64,000 bases of DNA from Hypanus sabinus. Lineage: Eukaryota. Each line of letters starts with the position of its first letter. Within the stretch, counting starts at the first letter, position 1. The notes beneath the pieces are model-generated. The model was not told where the DNA came from and made no database searches. It saw nothing but the letters and a program-made list of their open reading frames with translations. The stretch is taken from the NCBI RefSeq assembly GCF_030144855.1, contig NC_082716.1, forward strand, positions 80,476,001-80,540,000, written 5' to 3'. Positions 1 through 11,410 of this stretch are shown here, piece by piece. A program made the translations under genes and the position numbers.

Positions 1-1145
1 TAGGTGCGAAACCCCTCCCAACAAAAGTAGCCGCTATTATGGATTTCCTTCTGCCCTGCACTACTAAAAAGCTACAGGAGTTTTTAAGGTATGGTGAATT
101 TCTGTCACCGCTTCATTTGTGAGCTACTGAACTTATACTCCCCCTGTATAGTGCATTTAATGGCAATACCCCAATCATGGGCTTGACTGGTCAGCAGGCA
201 TGACCAGGGCATTTGATTATCTGAAATCAGCTCTAACGCGACTCTACTGGCACACCCGCTTCCCAATGCACCCATATCTATTACTAGCTCTATTACTATT
301 ACTGAGGGCTTCCCTGACAGATTAGTGTTGGCATTATCATCCCCCGTAGGCCCTGCTAGGGCTCTGAGCAGCTCCAAAGAGGACCTGCAATCATCTGTGC
401 CTGAGCTTGTATATGGGCAGCCATTACGAGCACCAGGTGATTTTATCCTGATCCCACAACTGCCTGGTTGGCGTCTCAACAGCGTCCCACCCTCCTCAGT
501 AAACTCAATTCCCTTTTCAGCTATTCCTACCTCCCATCATGGTGCACAGTTCTCGTGGGTTCCTGTTGACCTACATTCCGCCTCATTCGTTTTCATCCAC
601 CACGATGCACACCAACATCCCCCTAGGCCTCCTTATCAGAGCCCGTTCCACATTTTGGAACAGAGAGAAAAGACTTTTATCATAAATAATAGGGATAAAG
701 CTGAATGTGTTTCGGTAGATTGCCTTAAACTGGCCCACCAAGATTTAGAGGATTCTGCTGCCATGTCCCTGCTGTTGTGACATGACCATGAGTGTGTCAA
801 CAAATCTCTGGACAAACCAGGGGCACCTGCTGTTCCTCCACCCTTGGAACGTAAGACCCAGGCAGGGCTCCAGACAGGCTCATAACAGCGGTTTTAGTGA
901 ATCCAGGGGTGGGCCTGTGTAGGGTAATATAATTGGTGGAAATGTACATAATGCACAACCACCGACTTTGAATTGGGGTTCACTTTAAGAGACTGGTCTG
1001 ATGTGATGACATAATTACGTAAAGAACTTTTAGTGTGTTTTTGTGTTAATTTTTTTGGAGTTCAATAAATGAGTTGTTCTGGGTTATTTTATTAAACATA
1101 AAATGCCTCACATCACTATTTGCAAAACCCTGTGCTCCATCCACA
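1..1145 (+). mobile_element. Degraded Gypsy/Ty3 LTR retrotransposon 3' remnant (RT/RNase H and integrase C-terminal fragments, PPT, 3' LTR about 918-1145)
   Basis: 5' part translates to an RT/RNaseH-like stretch (LQEFLGMVNF-type, same family as the 40008-44203 pol). ORF 325-780 has an integrase end (PELVYGQPL..PG, RPPYQSPFHIL, VSVDCLKLAH). Purine tract at 905-913 is followed by a TG...CA segment containing AATAAA. Runs off the window start. Confidence 0.75.
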
Positions 1146-1611
1146 CTTTTCCAGCTTCACTTTCAGATATTACGTAGCAAATTAACAATGGTGTCATGTA
1201 TTCCGAGGATGATCATGTATTTTGATGGTTAGTATGGAATACTTCACAAGTTGTTTTGGGAAAACATGATTTTAGTAAGAAGCAAATTAGTTACCTCGTC
1301 AAGATCAATGATATTAGCCTGTGTTGCGGCATGTGTAATGTCTTTACACATGCAAAAAAAAGGAATACATGTTTACATGATTACCAGAAAGGTAAGCTAC
1401 TTGAAGTACAAATCATTACAATTGATTGTACTTTCAAAAGATTTACTCTCCAGCTGGACTCTGAAGATTCCATTTGCCATGACAACTAATCTAGTTTAAT
1501 GGTCAGGTTCAGCACCTTATCCAAATGATGTAGGCCCTCAGCTCGCATGTTTTGGTTTGAAATACAAACTCTCTTTATAATATGAGAAAAAAATACCCAG
1601 GTGCTACCTCA

Positions 1612-2602
1612 CAAACAAGAGAAGATCTGCAGATGCTGGAGATCCAAACAACACACAAAATGCTGGAGGAACTCAGCATCTATGGAAAAGAATATAGTCG
1701 ATGTTTCAGGCTGAGATCTTTCAGCAGGACTGGAGAGAAAAAGATGAGGAGTAGATTTAAAGGTGCGGAGAAGGGAAAGAGAAACAAAATGATAGGTGAA
1801 ACCTGGAGGAAGAGGGATGAAGTGAACAGCTGGGAAGTTGATTTGGTGAAAGAGAGAGAAGGCCAAGGAAGAAAGAAAGAAAAAGGGGGGAGGCGCACCA
1901 GAGGGAGGCAATGGATAGGCAAGGAGATAGGGTGAGAGGGGTTAAAGGGGATGGGCAATGGTGAAAGGGGGGTGGGTCATTATTGGAAATTTGAGAAATT
2001 GATGTTCATACTATCAGTTTGGAGGTGACCCAGACAGAATATGAGGAGTTGTTCCTTCAACTTTGCAACAGTAGAGGAGGCTATGGATTGACATATCGGA
2101 ATGAGATGGGAGGTGGAATTAAAATGGGTGGCCACTATGAGATTCCACTTCGTCTGGTGAACAGAGAGTAGGTGCTCACCGAAGCGGTCTCCCAATCTAC
2201 ATGTGTCTCACCAATACCTGAGGCCGCACTGGGAGCACGGAGCACAGTGTGACCCCAACAGTCTCACAGGTGAAGTGTCACCTCATCTCCTTGCCTGCCC
2301 ATCACCTCCTTCTGGTGCTCCTCCCCACTTTTCTTTCTTCCATGTCTTTCTGTTCTCTGCTATTAGATTCCCCCTTCTTCAACCCTGTATCTCTTTCAAT
2401 CAACTTCCCAGCTCTTTACACCCCCCCCCTCCCGGTTTCACCTATCACCTTGTATTTCTGTCTCCCCTTCCCCCACTTTTAAAATCTACTCATCTTTTTC
2501 TCTCCAGTCCTGCTGAAGGGTATTGGCCCGAAAAGTCAACTGTATTCTTTTCCATAGATGCTGCCTAAGCCTGCTGAGTTCCTCCAGCATTTTGTGTGTG
2601 TT
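1612..2602. mobile_element. Penelope-like element (PLE) 3' remnant with inverted terminal copy: minus arm about 1612-2290 includes a GIY-YIG fragment, plus arm about 2300-2602
   Basis: ORF 1980-2195(-) starts GDRFGEHL (GIY-YIG region). 2300-2602 is an imperfect reverse complement of about 1640-1920. Both arms end in gatgctg..ctgagttcctccagcattttgtgtg. Confidence 0.75.
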
Positions 2603-4474
2603 CCCAAGTGCCTGCTAATGATTTCCAACTGCGGTATTAATTCAGACAGTCCAGCAAAAATAAAAGACTACAAGAAAATAAATCACTAATGCTTTAACTA
2701 CATGGACAATTTTCTTCTCTGCAACACCCCATCAGCAATTACAATCCTAAACCATTATCCAGCAAAACCTGTATTACAACCAAATGTTTAGGTCACATCA
2801 TAGTATACACTGGGTAGCTCAAATTTCAGCAGGACCAAAGCTAAAAAACAATGGCTGTTCTTCATCACGGGAGAAAGTCTTGCTTGCATTCCATGTGATT
2901 ACTAAATTAATTCAAGAGAAAAAAAACAGGCTAAAAGAATCCCAACTGTCCATGTGGAAAGCTAGAGTTTTGTGGCAGATGCATACCCTTGCTGTCTGGA
3001 AGAATTACAATACCAGTAATTTAATAAAAAACATCTGCTGAAATTTGGCACAAACTCATCTGCCTTCAGCGATACAAAGCAGTCAGATTGGAAGAATGTG
3101 ACAGGCTAGCATAATAGTATTCACTTGTGGCTTAAAAGTACTCCATGCCATGGACTGTTGGATCAAACAGCATTCCACGCAATACATTGTATATGACCAT
3201 TGAAATAAAATGAAAGACATCCTCAGCTACACAATTCATTCCAGCCTTTCTAAACGGCAAACCCATTTTGCATCCAATTATGAAATTGTCTTATTTTTCT
3301 ATTAGACAATGTGAAATCTAAACTGCATAGGACTATTTGGATAGCATGCAATATTTTACAACCTTTCTAATATATTGAAGTATTTAATACTTTAACCTAT
3401 TGCAACAATGTTGTTCAAGTGTCTGATGAAAGTAAAAAAAAACTGGACAGTTGAAATACAAACAAATTGTTGGCAATATTCAGGACAGCATCTGCGGAAA
3501 GAGAAACATTTGACATCAGAGGTCAAAAACCTTCAACAGATGCTCCCCAGCCTATTAAAGTATTTTATTGCCCCATCTTACTGTTAACTAAATGGTAAAA
3601 AAAAATTTGGTTAGAAAGTTTACCTCATCCATTCCAAGACTTCAAGCAGACATTTTTTTTCATCAGTTCAAGGAACGAACCCAATTTCCATTTGGCACTT
3701 CACCAAAAACCTGAAGGTATTTTACTTGTCTCAAATCTTAAAAATAAAAACCTGCTTTTTCCAATGTGGGTGGTTTGAGTGGAAAACTACAATTCTGAAC
3801 TAAGATTAATGCTTTAATATTCACTAATGGTTGCACATTACACTTGGGATTTTTCTCTTAAAACAGCCGGCACTTACACAGAAACTTTCAGTGATGTAAC
3901 TACCTGGGGATTTTCACTAAACCTTGGCTCACAATACAAGACCTTGCTCGAGCATAACTCTGTCAAAGCAAGCATATCAAATAATTGTTAAGGTCTGGAA
4001 ACCATATTTCCTCCTCAATACTGTGAAGTGCATTAATTCTGTAAAGACTGTACTCCATGGTTTTGTGTTTTTAAAAAACCTTGTTAAGCAAAACAGGACT
4101 TCAGTGTCCCCCTTTCCCAACCTACAGGGTAGCCTCAACACTTGCTGACCTTGAAGTTACTGACAAACACCCAACAAACTGTAACATGATCATGTCCCTT
4201 CTTGAAATGGAGCTGCTGTCAGGATTCAGTCTGAGCCAATGATTGACAGCCAGGTACTGTAGTCTCATCAAGTTGCCTAACCAGTCAATCACATTTATCT
4301 TCAATAAAGATAAAAACAATCTTAATAGATACATGCTCCAAAGATAATCAAATAGCTGAGAAGTTATCGTAGGAACTAACAATAGCAAAGGAGTCAAACT
4401 GTGATATCACAAAAGCACTATACAGTTGTGCTTTTATACAGCTTGCGATTTCATTGAAGGTCTTTTTAGTTAAG

Positions 4475-4760
4475 AATAAACTCTTCTTGAGCTTCCAGCC
4501 GGGTACAGGTATCAATTTGAACTGATGTTTTGATGACAAACTCTGCCATCTTCATCAGGGATGAAGTCTGGGCATGTCTAGACCGGTGCTATTTATACAC
4601 CCTTGTCGTCCGTCCTTCCTGATTGGTTAGTCTGCATCCAATCAGGATTCTGTTGTCCCAACTCATTTACAATTGAATTCTAGCTCTGACTTGGAACAAG
4701 ACCATCACCTCCGTTAAGATTCTTTTTCTCTAGTTTTATATCAATGGCTTCCTTCATCAG
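4475..4760 (-). mobile_element. PLE-type terminal (pLTR) fragment of a second family, carrying a hammerhead-like motif
   Basis: Minus strand reads ccCTGATGAagatggc-agagttt-gtcatc(a)AAACatc...cccggctggaagc, a typical Penelope terminal signature. Confidence 0.55.
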
Positions 4761-5294
4761 GTGGCACAGTTGTTTTGTGCCGAAGACAATCCAATGGCCG
4801 TTGTGAATGAAATGTTCTGCATTCTTTTTAGTTCTTCAATGATCAACATTGGCAAGTTAAACTAGGCATCTGACATTTTTATTACTGACCCTAATAATTA
4901 CTCACGATCACCTGTGTTCAATTACATCAATTCCAAAAGTACATTACTTCAAATTTATTCCTTGCAAGACATTTGGGGTAATAAAATAAAATACATTTTA
5001 AGTGGAATAACATGGAGGGTTTGCAGCATTTAGGAAATTTGAATATTTTTAAATAGTGGTTTTTAGCCTTGTATTGCAAAAGATTCATTAGTATTGCATT
5101 AAAATGTTTACAGCAGTGATGAAAGTGCACCTTCAGATCCGGGTTCAGAATTACGAAGTCACTGAAGGTTGTGCTTTGTAGAAAGTGTACAGAACAGACA
5201 ACACAATATAACGATCAGTAACTCCAGAAAGATCTTAATGGAAATGTTACTAACCTAGTGCTGCTTCTTAAATATAGGTCTTGGCCAAGCCTCA

Positions 5295-5460
5295 CCGGTA
5301 TGAAACTTGCCTTGAGACAGAAGGCTGCGGGTTCCAGAGCCACTTTCAATGCCTAAGGACAGAGTTAACGTGACACTCCCAGGCAATGCTGGGGCAGTCA
5401 CAAGATGTCAATTTTCAGTGAACACAGTGAATCCAGCCCCCATTTGCAAGCATCCCGGAT
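5295..5460 (+). mobile_element. Old tRNA-derived SINE head (shark SacSINE/Deu-SINE-like), degenerate
   Basis: gccttgagacagaaggctgcgggttccag...tgacactccca resembles the recalled tRNA-derived head of elasmobranch SINEs. Confidence 0.4.
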
Positions 5461-6297
5461 TAATAGTTGAAGGAGAACACTTTCAGTGTCCAAGTTAATG
5501 CAGCCCACTATGAAGTGCATGGGGCGAGAGGCTGGAAATGCAGCAAAAGATTGGAAAACTTAATAAAGCTGATCTACCTCAACCCCATATTATTCCTGTT
5601 CCTGTTCCCCCAACATCAATGAAATAAAACATGCCAGTATTCCCCTCTGAACTTCAAGCATATCTAATACACCCTTCTGCAAACTTGTTCCAGGAATTAT
5701 GTAACTTCAACCTACATTCCAAAGATTTATTTTTCAATTTTGGGTGTTTTCCTTGATTTGGCCATTTTATAGCACTCTTTCCAAATGAGCAAATGGGAGC
5801 AAAATTGGTCTTACTACAGATACCAGCATGTTTAGTTGCAGCCTGATCAAGTGGTCAATTACACAAACTCAGCTCCTGCACTGTTTTTTAAATATATTTT
5901 GGGAGGGAGAAGCAATATTAAAATTAAAAATTCCAGGAGAACAAACATATTAGGTGAATTTTATAGGCATTGGTAACATTAATGACAGAATATGGAAATG
6001 CATGCATTGCTCTTTGCAAGATCAGGAACTAAAATGCAGGCAGCTAAGCTGAGGGCATCTGATATCAAGAAATTTTCTGCACTAGTGATCCCAACCCTAC
6101 CAATCCCTTAGAACATTTCTAGCCCCATCCCATTGCTGTTTTTAAGCATCTGCAGTATTCAACTGTGAAACTACTCCTGTTGCCAGGCATATACTGGTTT
6201 CAGCCTTAAACAGTAACAAGTGACCAGCTAATCTGTTTTAGTTCTGCTGACTGAAAAATCAATTAGTATAAATTCTTTGTTCAGTAGTTATTAAAAA

Positions 6298-6500
6298 TAT
6301 TATGTTTGTGGTACTGGGAAGCTGGATGACTGTGAATAACACATACAAGAGACAGAGAGGTGAAGAACAAATGTTCAACTGTTCATTTTACTTGCAAGTC
6401 ATCTAGCTAAAATGCCCTCTCATGTTACATTCAGTACATTGCACACATGGGAAGTTTGATAGCAACTTGCAAGGGTTAAAGTATACATCAATACATAACG
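6298..6500 (-). repeat. 3' LTR of the EIF4ENIF1-carrying element
   Basis: tattatgtttgtggtactgggaag...atacataacg is collinear with 9601-9802 (roughly 70-75% by eye). It is followed on + by tatctctccgccctt, the PPT complement. Confidence 0.85.
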
Positions 6501-6759
6501 TATCTCTCCGCCCTTATTTTAAAGGTTTCTATGCCTTCCCACAGAGACCAGCCACTGAGCTATTAAGATTCAATAGAGTAATCATCCAATACAACCAATA
6601 ACAAAAGACATTTTTTTAAACTGGGGAGAGAGGGTAGACCGCCTCTATTCCCAGACATAATCCTGTGAGGGTATTGACAACTTGGGGATAACGCTAAGGT
6701 AATTTTATCTCTTGGTGGTGTATGTATAGATCTTGGCTTGGATACTGCATTGTTAGTAG

Positions 6760-8436
6760 GGTCACCTCCGAAAGCACAGGTGACAGGCCTTGCCGATTAA
6801 AGATTGCTGTGTGATGATTCTGACCACCAAGCAGGTCACCTAGAATATCTGGGAATGGAGGCCACATTACAGGGGGAGGTAGAATTTTGGGGGGGTTTGA
6901 TTGCAAGGGTAAGGTTCCACTTGCCTTCATACTGTTAATTAGCTTATTGAAGGAAGTCATATCTGGTCTGTTGAGCAACACACACAAAATGCTGGAGGAA
7001 CTCAGCAGACCAGGCAGAATCTATGGAAAAGAGTACAGTCGACATTTCAGGCCGAAACCCTTTGGCAGGACTTTTCTTCGGTCTTTTATTTGTACAAGAC
7101 CAGATGGTGCAGTTAGAGTCTGTTCCAGATGTTCCACCATAAATGGGGTGGTAAGCTTCGTCTCAGATTCCATTTTGAGACCTTTCAGTTCAGCTTCCAT
7201 CTCTTCCACAGACAAACCACTCCAGACTGTGACCTCTCCTTTAGCTTCACATCCACATTTACTTTTTGCAGTATTCCAAAATATCAACTTTTTTACTGAT
7301 GTCCTTATAAGTTTCCTCATGATGGAACGGGTACTGGGATCATCAGCTCCAGACTAGAAAATCGCTCGTTCTTGAGGGGTAGACTGCAAGCTACTGGACC
7401 GACTGACTACCTGGTCTACTTAAGTTGCTTAACAACCATTGATAGAATCAGCTGGATAATATTGACCATTCACCAAGCACCTCTTCAATCATCGATGGTA
7501 GTTGAAGAACTCTTTTCTCCATATTAAAGAATTCACTGAAGTTCGCCGATGCAAGTTCAGGCTGGACTGCTTTCTGGGTCAGCTTCTTGGTCAGCTTCTG
7601 ATGCAAGAACAGTAGGTTCTCTGCTTGGGCTACGCCATTACATCCTACACCTTCTTTAATGGTCTGTGATCGTTTCCTCCGCCTCTTTGCCTGACTCGGA
7701 TCCTCCAGCAGCATGTTACCATCATAGCCTGTCAGCTCTATTGTTTCTGATTGACTAGCGAGGCCAGCAGAAAACCATTCTGCTTCCTCTTCAGTAAAGT
7801 AGTCACATCACCTCCACTGACTAAAATGCATCCGCCATCACCAAACTCTCTCCTAAAGTGCTTTTCCTTGCAGCCTCATCCCCTTCCTTCTCTAGCATCT
7901 CTATCACCAAAGTTTTTGTCTCTACCATCCTAATCAATGGTTCTTGATGTTATTATGCACCCACTTCCAATCCTCCACTGGCAGCCCAACCCATGAATAT
8001 TTTTATTCTATTTTCCAATGGGCTTCCAGATCCTCAACTACTAGGAGTATTGGTCACATGACAGCTATGACTACAGCTTTGGCACTGAGGACTGAGTACA
8101 ACATCATGATCTTTTTTTTATTCTCTCTCATGGATTTGTAATTCTTCACTTGAGAATTGCCCTCTCCAAATTTGAAAGATAGTCCTTCTTAGTGCCCCCC
8201 CGTGGTGAATTCCTGCCAGAATTCAGATACAAGGATGCATGCCATTTGTCCAGGTCCCAGATGCCTTCACTGTCATATTTTTCCAAAAGACTTGCTGGTC
8301 TCTGCATTGTATATGGGCACTCTTTGATTTCCAGCAGCTTTTCCACAGAATATCTATGTGGTTTCTTTGTGCCATACATTTTTATTGTATCGTTTCATTG
8401 ATCTTTTTCTTCAATCCGTCGTTCTGTTTTATCCAT
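6760..8436 (-). pseudogene. EIF4ENIF1: Processed (intronless) retrocopy of the 5' half of EIF4ENIF1 / 4E-T, with stops and frameshifts
   Basis: Collinear matches to 4E-T: ATG at 8436; PHRYSVEKLLEIKE..QRPASLLEKYDSEGIWDLDKWHASLY; DVVLSPQ; RIGSG; FRREFGD; TEEEAEWFSAGLASQSETIELTGYD; SMIEEVLGE; LSVEEMEAELKGLK..TPFMVEHLEQTL; DMTSFNKLINSMKASGTLP. No introns between blocks. Several CGA-to-TGA-type stops. The 3' boundary is approximate (about 6700-6770). Confidence 0.92.
6975..7071 (-). mobile_element. About 97-bp PLE 3'-end fragment inserted in the EIF4ENIF1 retrocopy
   Basis: gcaacacacacaaaatgctggaggaactcagc...cagtcgacatttcaggccgaaaccctttggcaggac. The 4E-T homology resumes on both sides. Confidence 0.8.
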
Positions 8437-8479
8437 GCCACCACCGGGGGTCAGCAGCTGCCTCTGCTGAGGCTCTGGG

Positions 8480-9350
8480 CTTACCAGTGATTCCTTTCAT
8501 TCTGCCCAGTTCTCCATTGAACACTTCCACTGAAACAGATAAAACATGCAAAGCTTCTTCAACCACAGAGGGAGAGTCACTCAGTCCATCCTTCTTGTCA
8601 CTCCTTATTCACGTTTCTTTTTGTTGTTCCAAAAGTCATTTTTCTTTATTATAGTGTTTTTGGTTGACAGTGTCTTTTTTTCTTTTACAGGTGCGTTCAG
8701 TCTGCCCCTTTTTGCCACAGTTTTAGCAATCTAAATCCTTACACCAGCATTCTTTTGTTGAGTGCCTAGTTTTATCACAACAGTAACGCTGATTACCAAT
8801 AGGTGTCTTATTTTTAAAGTCAGTAGAAACTTTATGAACTTGGGAAGATGGCTCAAAAGCTATACTTCTTCAGTTGCCAGCTCCATAGCTGTACTAATCT
8901 CAACTGTCTTCTGTAATGATAGTCTGAATTCTGTAAGCAAATGTTTCCAAATTGCCTCAGTGTAGACCACATACGAGTCTATCATGTACCGCGTTATTCA
9001 GCCGCTGCCCAAAATCAGTGTTCAGACAATTGCTTCAGCACCACATCAAATGTGAAATAGAATTGCCTTCCCCTTGATTCCTTTCCTGAAATTTACTCTC
9101 TCAGCAATAAAGACTTAGGTAAATAGTGGTCCTTTATGACTTGAACTATGTCCTCATCAGATTCATCACCAAGTTTAGCATGTTGCACTAGACTGCATAA
9201 TAAATTAAACGTTTTTGTACCCATCAGTCAGAAAAGTTGGAACATAATTATCTGAAATTTGACTTGCCAGTGCAAAATACTCATATCTTTCTGTATATGA
9301 ACTCCATTGCTTTGTCATTTTGTCATACGACCCCATAATTCTAAACATTG
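8480..9350 (-). pseudogene. Decayed Gypsy gag plus a short pre-RT linker, protease missing
   Basis: Minus translation with lesions: WSSYTERYEYF..TKTFNLLCSLVQ..DRLVCGL..EAIWKHLLTE..LQKTVEISTAMELA, a decayed zinc-knuckle region, then EEALHVLSVSVEVFNGELGRMKGITGK. Confidence 0.8.
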
Positions 9351-9600
9351 TTACTATTTTCCAACAATCACGTTCCAGAAAAGGTAACTAGACTTATCCG
9401 TCACTCTCTCTCATTTTCTTTTTAACCATTCTGTTCTCATTCTCTCCCCTCGATTTCTCTCACCAGGCTTCGTGAGGCCATTTTGTTTTTGCTCATCATC
9501 ATGACACAGCGGTAGACCGCCAGCATTGCACATGGACTTTACTTGCCAAGAGGAACAAAACAATAAATATCGTGCGAGGACTTGTCACCGCATCACAAGT

Positions 9601-9802
9601 TGTTATGTTTGTAGTACTGGGAAGCCGGGTGGCCATGAATAACAACCACGGGGAACAGAGAGGTGAGGAACAAACGTGCTGCTGTTTATTTTACATGTAA
9701 GTCATCTACCCAGAATGCCCTCTCACATTACGTTCAGTACATAACATACAGGGATGCATGATAACACCCTGTCAGGTTCAAAATGTATGTCACTACATAA
9801 AA
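9601..9802 (-). repeat. 5' LTR of the EIF4ENIF1-carrying element
   Basis: tgttatgtttgtagtactgggaag...actacataaaa, a direct repeat of 6298-6500. Confidence 0.85.
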
Positions 9803-10859
9803 AAAGAATCTATTTGCACTTTTAGCAAGCTATTGCTCAGTCTGGATTTTTGCAAACAGAAGAATTTTACCAACCTCCAAGAAAGTAATCCCCGAGGAAA
9901 GCCCTGACCTTCGAATGTCACTGCTTTTAACTCTGCAATCCTAGATATCGAGCAACAGTGACATCAAGGATAGGCAGCCACAATTTTAATCTCATATTTT
10001 AAACATTTTGCCAAGCATGAAATAATGATTAGAACATTTATGCAGGCTAAAGTGACAGAAAGTAAAATTTTAATTCCTCAACTCCTTCAAAAATTAGATT
10101 GTTAGAAAAGTACCATGAATAGCCCATTGTGAAAGCAGTGAACAAAGTTAACATGCCATTGAAAACTTTAGTTCTGTGCAACAAAAGCCACAGTTTTTAG
10201 TGCACTGAAAAAAATGGCTCATAGCTTAGAGCTTGTCTCGTTCAGTTAAGTTGAGAAAGCTTCAAAACATCACAGCCCATGGAAAATTGCAAATCTAATT
10301 TGAGTTAAAACAAATAGGTTTTCTCAACATTTTTTATTATAAATATTACTACATGACTCAGAGGGCAAACAGAGTTGAGCTGGAAATCAGCCAGCCAGTT
10401 ATGCCCAGTACATTAGGGAGACCAAAGGTCTCTGATTACTATATGACCAAGCCATTATCTGAAATGTTGTGCGCAAAATTGCAGTTTGGCTTGTCCAGGG
10501 AAGTTTGGATTCCCAAGGGGCTCTTTGTGGAATTGGGAAGCTTTCAAGTTAAATTGTTGGAACTGAGTTCCCCAGGAGTGCAGTATGTATGAAAGTTTTG
10601 ATTTGACAAACTGAATTTCTTAATACACTGATTACTCTCTCTCAAGTCCAAGCATAAACAATGTTGAGAAGCTATCACTGCAATACTTGGGTCATTTTAC
10701 ATATAGTACAAAATTACAAGCATCTGGCAGAATTCTCTTCCAATAAATCACAATGTGCCTTTCAAAGTCCAACTCCAGGACTATCATCAGAGTGTCAATG
10801 CCTGGCAAACGGGCAACTCATTCTTATTAATGCTACCTATAGATAAACTAGTTAGGCCA

Positions 10860-11410
10860 CATCTGGAATATTCCATACAGTTTTGGTCCCCCACTATAGG
10901 AAGGCTGTTGAGGCTTTGGGGAGAATGAAGAAGAATTTACCCGGGTGTTGCCTGGTTTAGAGGGCATGTGTTGTCACGAGACACTGGAAAAACTTGGGTT
11001 ATTTGCTCTGGAATAGTGGAGGCTGAGGGAAGAGCTGATAGAAGTTGATAAAATTATGAGAGGCATTGATAGAGTCAACAGGGAGCATCTTTTTCTCCAG
11101 GGTAGAAGTATCTCATACCAGAGGGCATGCACAGAAGGTATGAGGGGGTAGGTTCAAAGGGGATGTGAGGGGCAAGTACTTTTACTCAGAAAATAATGGA
11201 CGTCTGGAGTGCGCTGCCTAGTATGGTGTAGATGCAAATACATTAGAGGCTTTTAAGGTACATTCAGATAGGCACATGAATGAGGAAGATGGAGGAATAC
11301 GGACATCATGTAGGTAGGAGGGGTTAGTTTTTGGAGATTTTAAATTTATGTTTGAGCTGGTTCAGCACCACATTGTGGCCTGAGGGACCTGTATCTATGC
11401 TGTACTGTTC
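10860..11410 (+). mobile_element. CR1-type LINE 3' fragment (degenerate)
   Basis: RT C-terminal motifs (ggccacatctggaata..cagttttggtccccc) and a ctgtactgttctatgttctat tail. Confidence 0.7.

Larger units (their letters stand above)
6298..9802 (-). mobile_element. Old non-autonomous Gypsy-type LTR retrotransposon carrying a captured EIF4ENIF1 cDNA in place of pol
   Basis: Two roughly 200-bp direct repeats (6298-6500, 9601-9802) with degenerate TG..CA ends. PPT (minus AAGGGCGGAGAGATA) abuts the left LTR and a PBS-like GCGGTGACAAG lies next to the right LTR. Decayed gag lies at about 8480-9350. Confidence 0.85.

Noticed and set aside
8146-8379. 77-aa ORF as the genuine EIF4ENIF1 gene
   Set aside because: It is intronless, interrupted by stops on both sides, and embedded between LTRs. 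It is a retrocopy, not the parental locus.
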